DNA of 64,000 nt, from contig CAZYCL010000001.1 in NCBI GenBank assembly GCA_964645795.1, positions 159,194 through 223,193 of the forward strand. The letters are read 5' to 3'. The first letter of the stretch is position 1. Each line of letters begins with the position of its first letter. The position numbers were made by a program, and so were the translations under genes. The notes beneath the pieces were generated by a model. It did no database searches, had not been told where the DNA came from, and was given only the letters and a program-made list of their open reading frames with translations. The stretch is from an uncultured Planctomycetales bacterium. GTDB taxonomy: Bacteria > Omnitrophota > Gorgyraeia > Gygaellales > Profunditerraquicolaceae. This document shows positions 57,718 through 64,000 of the stretch, piece by piece.

Positions 57718-58995
57718 CTATTCCCTGTCCAGGATATTTTGAGAGAACAGCCCTTCGTAAACACTGGAAGCAATGAGCTCTTGGCCGCGTTTAGTAGGAT
57801 GCTTGTCAACCGGGTAGAATAACCGATCTGCGCCTGACTTTGCCTGCGTAATAAATGCGGGTGTGGCGTCGATGTAATAAATTCCTGCTTCTTTGCAAAT
57901 GCCCTCCAGCCTATTGTTTGCGATCAAGCGGTCATACTTGGAAGGCATACTGGCGTAGGACCAGTTCCAAACATCGTCATCTATCTGGACCAGGTACGGT
58001 ATGTTTACCAGGGCCAATTTTATATCCCGGGACTGAGCCTCTTTTTTAATCTCAGCCAGGAGCCCGGCTACCATCCGCCAGCAGTATCTATCGAACTCAT
58101 CCGGCTCCTTTTTAAAAGCCACATCTGAGCCCAGGAAAAGATGCCTTCCTTTGATGCGGATACCCAGCCACATCGCCAGTTTTGAGCCCTTGAGGCGCCT
58201 GAATATCGCCAGCTCCTCCAGGTTCAAACGCAATTTCTGGATCGCCGAGGCCTGCGGCGCTGGCGCAGCGGCGCTATTCTCCTGCGCAGCCTGCACGGGA
58301 TTATAACTGAGCTGCACCAGCCGCCCATCCCCGTCCAGATCAAAATACTGCCGGGGAAGGCCTCCGCCATATATGAACCCCCCCATTCTGGGAGGCAGAA
58401 AATCGTATAGATCGGTGGCCATGGAAAAACCAATGACGATGACCCTGGGTTTCAATAATCCTTCCAACTGCCTCATCCTCAAAAGATATTGCCCCAGATT
58501 ATAGCCGCCGACCGCGCAGTTAAAGACCTCGCCCTTCCGCCTGTCTGTCCCAAAAAGTTTTTTCTCAAGTATCTGCGGCCAGGATTCGCCTTGATTAACG
58601 CAATAAGCAAGGCTGTGCGAATCACCGAGCACCATTATCCTTAATCCCTGCGTCAGTGCGGATACGTCGAGCTCATCATCATTCATCCCCAGGGAGTTAA
58701 TATTATAGGAGACGCTGTATTCCGGAGAACTGGCTTTATATTCTCCGGGAGAATGAACCCAGCCCAGCACCGGATGGCGCTGGTTGATTATGGGCGGGCC
58801 GCAGGGATAACGCGCATCCTGGCGGCGCAGGTATAGCTCCCATATTGCCAATAAACCAATAAATATGACTGTCAGATAGATTGGATACAGCGGCACCCAG
58901 GCTGGAGAGAATCTTCTTTTTGGCAAACTGCCGTCCTCTTTTATTTTGAGCCGGAAGGCTGCGTTGCTGCTTCGCTGGCTTCCGGGACCGGGCAA
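57718..58995 (-). CDS. Membrane-anchored SGNH/GDSL-family hydrolase
   Basis: N-terminal TM; VLGDSHS block-I motif. Confidence 0.6.
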   Translation of the reverse strand: MPGPGSQRSSNAAFRLKIKEDGSLPKRRFSPAWVPLYPIYLTVIFIGLLAIWELYLRRQDARYPCGPPIINQRHPVLGWVHSPGEYKASSPEYSVSYNINSLGMNDDELDVSALTQGLRIMVLGDSHSLAYCVNQGESWPQILEKKLFGTDRRKGEVFNCAVGGYNLGQYLLRMRQLEGLLKPRVIVIGFSMATDLYDFLPPRMGGFIYGGGLPRQYFDLDGDGRLVQLSYNPVQAAQENSAAAPAPQASAIQKLRLNLEELAIFRRLKGSKLAMWLGIRIKGRHLFLGSDVAFKKEPDEFDRYCWRMVAGLLAEIKKEAQSRDIKLALVNIPYLVQIDDDVWNWSYASMPSKYDRLIANNRLEGICKEAGIYYIDATPAFITQAKSGADRLFYPVDKHPTKRGQELIASSVYEGLFSQNILDRE

Positions 58996-60761
58996 AGGAA
59001 AATCAACTGGTCGTACTTATGCATCTGCGGACACCCCTCGCTGCTGAAGATCGCCAGCCTTCGCTCAGGCGAAACGGTAAAAAGCGGCAACAGGCGCTTG
59101 CCAAGCTTTTCTTCAAGCCCGGCCTGTCCCATATCCTCTTCGAGAGTGATACTTTTTACTGTCGCGCCACTCTTAACCGCATCGCCCAAATAATCAAAGT
59201 TTGCATAATCGGCAAAAAGAAACCTGCCCACCAAGTGCTGCGCAAACTGCTGGTCCTCTTCCTTGCTTTTAAGGGGAAGCTGGAAAAGGTGCGTCTTGGG
59301 GAATAATTCGCGAAAGTGCAGCAGGCCCAGCGCATTGGCCTCGTCGTTTGAAGTCATGGCAAGGCAATAGCCTATCCCTTCAAAATCAATGCTGTCTAGT
59401 ATATCCGGCGAGAGGATATTAGACTGATAGGCATAAAGTGCCTGCCGGTGAGAGTACCTGATATTTGCGCCGTTGGAATCTATAAGTAAAACCCTGATCC
59501 CCTTGACGGATAATTCTTTGGCTATTGACCTCACCAGCTGGTGGGCTCCTAAAAAAAGCACGCCCTGGGGGTTTGCGTCTGAGAGCTTGAGCCATCGCGC
59601 CAATGGGGCAGAAAACAGGCTATAGAAAAGCACGGTGCCCAGTATCATAAAGAAGGTCAGCGACACCAGGACCCGGCTGGCCGGATAGCCCCTTAACGCC
59701 AGCTCCTGGGCAAAGATACTGGCAACCGCTGCCGCGACTATCCCGCGAGGGGCCATGAAAGACAAAAACAGCTTCTCCGCGGCAGAAAGCCCTGACCGGG
59801 CAGTGGCTATATAGACGGTCGCGGGCCGGACCACAAAAACCGCGATAATCAAAAAAAGCGTGTTGCGCAGATTAAAGAAGCTCAGGTCTTCAAGCCTGAC
59901 CGCTGAAGCCAGGAGTATAAACAGGGAAGGCAGTATGATCGAACCCAGCTCCTCCTTAAAACGGAATATATGCCTTACCGATACGAACCTCTGGTTTGCC
60001 AGGACTATGCCCATAACGATAACGGCCAGAAACCCGCTTGCCTCATTTTGCAGATGCCTGCCTGCGATAAAAATAAATCCTACCGCAGAAAACACCAGGG
60101 GATTGTCCAGGTATTCGGGAATAGCGTGCCTGCGAAGCAGCATGGTGATCAGCGCCGCGCCTGACCCGCCCAGCACGACCCCGATAAACAGGTATTTAAG
60201 GAAGCCGACTATTACCAGCAAAAAAGCCTTATTTGCGCTGCCGACCAGCAGCCCTTCAAACACCAATAGCGCCAAAAGCGCGCCTGCCGGATCGATAATT
60301 ATGCCTTCCCACTTGAGTACCGAAGCCACTCTCCCCTTCAGGTTGATATGCCTTAAAAGCGGCAGGATCACCGTCGGTCCGGTAACTACCAATATCGCCC
60401 CAAGCAAAAGCGAGATCCGCAGGTCTTGCTTCAGAACAAAAAAAGCGGCTGTTGCCAGAAGCGCCCAGCTGATCAAAACGCCCCAAAAGGTAAGCCTCCA
60501 GACTATCGTTGCCTCCGACCAGATCTCCTTGTTCTTAAGCCTGAGGCTGCCTTCAAAAAGTATATAAGCCACGGAAAGCGAGACTAACGGAAAGAAGAAT
60601 TCGGGAGGAAGCTTGTGCGCCTTGACCAGTCCGAATACCGGACCTACGCATATGCCGCCTATCAACAGCAAAAGAATCAGGGGCATCCTGAAGCGCCAGG
60701 CCAGCCACTGCGCGGTTATCCCAATGATAAGCACTACGGCTAAAGCAGACAGGGTTTCCAT
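58941..60761 (-). CDS. CPA1-family Na+/H+ antiporter with C-terminal RCK/TrkA-N-like domain
   Basis: 10-12 TM exchanger domain; C-terminal GIRVLLIDSN Rossmann-like segment. Confidence 0.75.
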   Translation of the reverse strand: METLSALAVVLIIGITAQWLAWRFRMPLILLLLIGGICVGPVFGLVKAHKLPPEFFFPLVSLSVAYILFEGSLRLKNKEIWSEATIVWRLTFWGVLISWALLATAAFFVLKQDLRISLLLGAILVVTGPTVILPLLRHINLKGRVASVLKWEGIIIDPAGALLALLVFEGLLVGSANKAFLLVIVGFLKYLFIGVVLGGSGAALITMLLRRHAIPEYLDNPLVFSAVGFIFIAGRHLQNEASGFLAVIVMGIVLANQRFVSVRHIFRFKEELGSIILPSLFILLASAVRLEDLSFFNLRNTLFLIIAVFVVRPATVYIATARSGLSAAEKLFLSFMAPRGIVAAAVASIFAQELALRGYPASRVLVSLTFFMILGTVLFYSLFSAPLARWLKLSDANPQGVLFLGAHQLVRSIAKELSVKGIRVLLIDSNGANIRYSHRQALYAYQSNILSPDILDSIDFEGIGYCLAMTSNDEANALGLLHFRELFPKTHLFQLPLKSKEEDQQFAQHLVGRFLFADYANFDYLGDAVKSGATVKSITLEEDMGQAGLEEKLGKRLLPLFTVSPERRLAIFSSEGCPQMHKYDQLIFLCPVPEASEAATQPSGSK

Positions 60762-60783
60762 GCTTTACTCTTAAGTTTTTACT

Positions 60784-62913
60784 TCATTTGCCCGTCAGGA
60801 CCACTACGGACCTGGGGTTGGCGATATACTGATATGAAGGATGTATGACTGGCTCGCCCCCCTCTTCCATGAAGTCATCCGGGCTTTTAAGGGAGGTATC
60901 GATAAGCCGGTGCCAGTTTTTCTTGCCTCTTAGCGCCGGTATGCTTACCCACTGCGGGCGGTAATCCGCGTTGAATATGAAAAAATAATCCTCGGTCTTT
61001 TCCTTGTTATCCTGGGGAAGCCAGAAACACAGCGTGCGGTTGTCGGGATTATCCCAACCGGGGTCATTGAGGTTGGTGCCGAACCAGCGCACATTGGTCG
61101 GCAGGAGGTTGCCGTCGGAGTGGGTGCCGCGCCTTAATTTCCTGTTCTTGATGACAAAACGAATGAGCTTTTTGAAGAACATGTGCAGGTCTTTGTTGCG
61201 CTTCAGGAATCCCCAATCAAACCAGCTGATCTCGTTATCCTGGCAATAAGCGTTGTTGTTGCCCTGCTGGGTGCGCAGGAACTCATCGCCTCCCAGCATC
61301 ATCGGCGTGCCTCCGGCCATAAAGAGGTAACAGGCAAAGTTCTTGGCCTGCTGCTTGCGAAGGGCAATGATCTTTCTGCTGGAGGTATCGCCCTCTTTCC
61401 CGCAGTTCCAGGAGTTGTTGTCATCGGAACCGTCCCTGTTGTTCTCGCCGTTTGATTCATTGTGTTTTTGGTTATACGATACCAGGTCGTTCAGGGTGAA
61501 GCCGTCGTGACAGGTCACAAAATTGATGCTGCTAAACGTTGACCTGCCGTCCTTCTGGTATATGTCGCAGGAACCGAACATCCTCCTGCCCAGCTCCGCC
61601 AGCTGCCCGGGATCCCCTTTTACATACTTTCTTACCGTATCCCGGAAGCGGCCGTTCCATTCACACCAGTCCACGGGAAAATTTCCTACTTCATAGGTCC
61701 CCAGGTCCCATGGTTCGGCGATAAGCTTAACGCGGCTTAACACCGGGTCCTGAGATATGGCATCGAAAAAGGAAGAGCCTTTGGCAAAACCCTCTTTCTC
61801 CCTGCCCAGGACCGAGGCAAGATCGAACCTGAAGCCGTCCACATGCATGACCTCCACCCAGTAACGCAGGGAATCCATGATAAGTTTTAGCGCCGGCTGG
61901 CTGGAAGCATTGATGGAGTTGCCGCAGCCGGTATAATCCATATAGTACCTGCCCGGCTCCCTCTCGGGATGCTTTTCGCCGCCCTTAAGATGATAATAAG
62001 TCGGGTTATCTATGCCCTTAAAGCATACCGTAAGCCCAAGATGGTTGCCTTCGCAGGTATGGTTAAACACCACATCCAGTATCACCTCTATACCTGCCTT
62101 ATGAAGCTGGCGCACCAGGGTCTTGAATTCGTTTACCTGGCAGCCGGGATAACTTAGAGAGCTGTAGGATAACTCGGGGGCGAAGTAGCAAAGCGTATTA
62201 TAACCCCAGAAATTAGTCAAACCCTTATGCACCAGGTAATCATCGATGTAATACTCGTGCACCGGCAAAAACTCCACTGCCGTTACCCCCAGGTCTTTTA
62301 AATAAGGTATCTTTTCGATAAAGCCCAGGAATGTCCCCGGCCGCTTGGCCCGGCAAGAGGGATGGGCGGTGAAGCTTTTAATATGCACTTCATAGATTAT
62401 CGTCTCATTAGCCGGGATATCGGGGTTAGCGTCATCCTGCCAGTCGAAGCCGCGGTCATCGACTACTATGCACTTGGGGACGATATGGGTGTTGTCGCGT
62501 ATATCGAAAGATAAATCAGGGACGCGCGCATAAGGGTCGTAACCGAGCAGAAGGTTATCTTTATTAAAAAGCTTGTGGGTTATCGCCTTAGCGTATGGGT
62601 CAAGCAGAAGCTTGTTATCGTTGAACCTCAGGCCGTTGAATGGGTCATAATCTCCGCTCACCTTATAAGCGTATAGCTGGCCGGCTTTTACGCCGTGCAC
62701 GAAAGCATGCCAGATATTCTTGGTCTTTGACTTTAACTCGATCACATCCGTGGGCTCTTCCCATTGCGACTTGAAAAGCAGCAAAAACAGCGCCTTGGCA
62801 TTCTGGGAGTATATGGCAAAGTTTACTCCCCCGTCCTTGGGAGTAGCCCCCAACGGATAGAATTTTCCCTCTGATATTTCCCTGTTGGTCTTATGTCTTA
62901 ATTTGTATGCCAT
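60784..62913 (-). CDS. glgX: Glycogen debranching enzyme GlgX (GH13, isoamylase type)
   Basis: CBM48-like N-terminus; GH13 motifs (GFRFDLASVL, EPWDLG). Confidence 0.9.
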   Translation of the reverse strand: MAYKLRHKTNREISEGKFYPLGATPKDGGVNFAIYSQNAKALFLLLFKSQWEEPTDVIELKSKTKNIWHAFVHGVKAGQLYAYKVSGDYDPFNGLRFNDNKLLLDPYAKAITHKLFNKDNLLLGYDPYARVPDLSFDIRDNTHIVPKCIVVDDRGFDWQDDANPDIPANETIIYEVHIKSFTAHPSCRAKRPGTFLGFIEKIPYLKDLGVTAVEFLPVHEYYIDDYLVHKGLTNFWGYNTLCYFAPELSYSSLSYPGCQVNEFKTLVRQLHKAGIEVILDVVFNHTCEGNHLGLTVCFKGIDNPTYYHLKGGEKHPEREPGRYYMDYTGCGNSINASSQPALKLIMDSLRYWVEVMHVDGFRFDLASVLGREKEGFAKGSSFFDAISQDPVLSRVKLIAEPWDLGTYEVGNFPVDWCEWNGRFRDTVRKYVKGDPGQLAELGRRMFGSCDIYQKDGRSTFSSINFVTCHDGFTLNDLVSYNQKHNESNGENNRDGSDDNNSWNCGKEGDTSSRKIIALRKQQAKNFACYLFMAGGTPMMLGGDEFLRTQQGNNNAYCQDNEISWFDWGFLKRNKDLHMFFKKLIRFVIKNRKLRRGTHSDGNLLPTNVRWFGTNLNDPGWDNPDNRTLCFWLPQDNKEKTEDYFFIFNADYRPQWVSIPALRGKKNWHRLIDTSLKSPDDFMEEGGEPVIHPSYQYIANPRSVVVLTGK

Positions 62914-62931
62914 GGCATGTCCTCTAATTGT

Positions 62932-63999
62932 CTATTTCTTCCGGCCCCTATTATACTCCTGGGCCGCGCGTTTATAAGCCATAAAGGAGGGCTTTTTGGA
63001 AAAATCCCAGCGCACCAGGCCGAAATGATCCACGCCGTTCTTCCAGTGCTGGTGGCAATCCCGAAAAAATGCCCAAAAGACTCTTTCAACGTTAGGGTCG
63101 GCGAGCAGTTGTGAATAGACTTCTTTTACCCACCTGGCCTGAATTTTCTCATCGGGATTTGCGCCTAGCCACCAGTTATCGACATTCTCGCCAGTCCTTA
63201 CCCCGGGCGAACCGATTTCGGTTATCCATATCTTCTTATGTCCGTCACCGTTACGGCACATTACCTTGTAAGCAAGCTTCGGATACGCCTCGACCGCCTT
63301 GGCTGCGCCCTCTTGCAGAGGGGATACGAAGAAATGCAGGTTTAAAATATCGAAGTAATCCTTTGCCCCGTTATCATAAAGACGGTGGACGCTGCCCAGC
63401 CCGTTGGCAATGCCGCCGTTGAGTATCTTGCAATCAGGGTCAATTTTTTTGGCTGCCAGATAAACGTCTTTTAACAAAAGGCAGTAAGTTTTCAATCCGT
63501 CCTGCGGCTGCCAGTAATCGGGTGAGTCCGGCTCGTTCCAAACCTCCCAGTATTTAACATTATTCTTGTAGCGCCGGATCACCTCGGATGCATAGTTGAC
63601 AAATAAAGAGTTGTCCCTAAGCGGGCAGTTCCACTTGCCGCAGGAAGAAGCCCACTCCACGCTGTAATTAAATATGCCCAGGATCCCGATACCTTCCTTA
63701 TTAAGCATGCCCACTAACAGGTCGTATTTATCAAAATGGAACTGGCCGGGGCTGGGTTCAATATCGCTCCAGAGGAAATCAATTCGCACCATGCCGACCC
63801 CGGCATCCTTCAGGAGGCGCATGACCTTGCGATAATCATCCGTGGAGCCGTATTTATGGTTATTCCAGTCGTGGTCCCAATGCAGGAACTCTAGCACTCC
63901 GAAAGGATTTGCGCGCTCGGACATACCCCTCTCCCTATCGTTATCCGCTGCCAACAGTATTGCCGGCATGGCCAAGATCAAAATAAGCCGGGAAAACAA
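62932..63999 (-). CDS. Secreted glycoside hydrolase (GH5-like TIM-barrel)
   Basis: Signal peptide; WEVWNEPD catalytic-acid motif. Confidence 0.65.
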   Translation of the reverse strand: MFSRLILILAMPAILLAADNDRERGMSERANPFGVLEFLHWDHDWNNHKYGSTDDYRKVMRLLKDAGVGMVRIDFLWSDIEPSPGQFHFDKYDLLVGMLNKEGIGILGIFNYSVEWASSCGKWNCPLRDNSLFVNYASEVIRRYKNNVKYWEVWNEPDSPDYWQPQDGLKTYCLLLKDVYLAAKKIDPDCKILNGGIANGLGSVHRLYDNGAKDYFDILNLHFFVSPLQEGAAKAVEAYPKLAYKVMCRNGDGHKKIWITEIGSPGVRTGENVDNWWLGANPDEKIQARWVKEVYSQLLADPNVERVFWAFFRDCHQHWKNGVDHFGLVRWDFSKKPSFMAYKRAAQEYNRGRKK

Positions 64000-64000
64000 T

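Noticed and set aside
57456-57809. 117-aa minus ORF bridging two genes
   Set aside because: It overlaps the end of the 469-aa gene and the intergenic region. It has no Shine-Dalgarno and its composition is implausible.

Overview
Bacterial chromosomal window with about 52% GC. Nearly all genes are on the minus strand. From left to right it holds:

- A flagellar operon with a partial unknown gene at the left edge: fliJ-fliI-fliH-fliG-fliF-fliE-flgC-flgB.
- An Mvh-type [NiFe] hydrogenase/heterodisulfide-reductase operon: hypA-like, hdrA, mvhD, mvhG, mvhA, maturation protease, TusA-like.
- A large chemotaxis super-operon: two Cache-domain MCPs, CheW, two CheD, CheR, PilZ, CheB, two CheX-like, two CheY-like, CheA.
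- A housekeeping/accessory stretch: TPR protein, YggT, two tandem small YjfB-like proteins, beta-lactamase-like protein, sirtuin, two-component system, HDOD protein, UbiA prenyltransferase, secreted nitroreductase-like protein, OmpA-like lipoprotein, CPA antiporter fused to an EIIA(Ntr) domain, secreted flavodoxin-like protein, PD-(D/E)xK nuclease, rubrerythrin-like protein, Ca-type P-type ATPase, S4-like protein.
- A glycosylation-like stretch (GT39-like membrane protein, tRNA-Leu(CAG), FAD oxidoreductase).
- A cluster of secreted and outer-membrane proteins, then an SGNH hydrolase, a second CPA antiporter, GlgX and a GH5-like hydrolase.

The strongest signals are two plus-strand RNA elements that look like c-di-GMP-I (GEMM) riboswitches. 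Each has a near-consensus sigma70 promoter and an intrinsic terminator. One precedes a 690-aa Thr/Asn/Gln-rich protein with no signal peptide and no recognisable family. The other precedes a small secreted protein whose mature N-terminus (A-x-DIRIA) matches that of a nearby 194-aa secreted protein. That protein sits in a five-gene cluster of uncharacterised secreted and outer-membrane proteins, which is a candidate for an undescribed c-di-GMP-controlled surface-fiber or pilus-like system.

Several repeat and regulatory structures are also present: a 5-copy 13-bp motif array inside the hydrogenase operon, large inverted repeats between mvhG and mvhA, and a palindromic GGGGACGGTTCTC element found at two loci.
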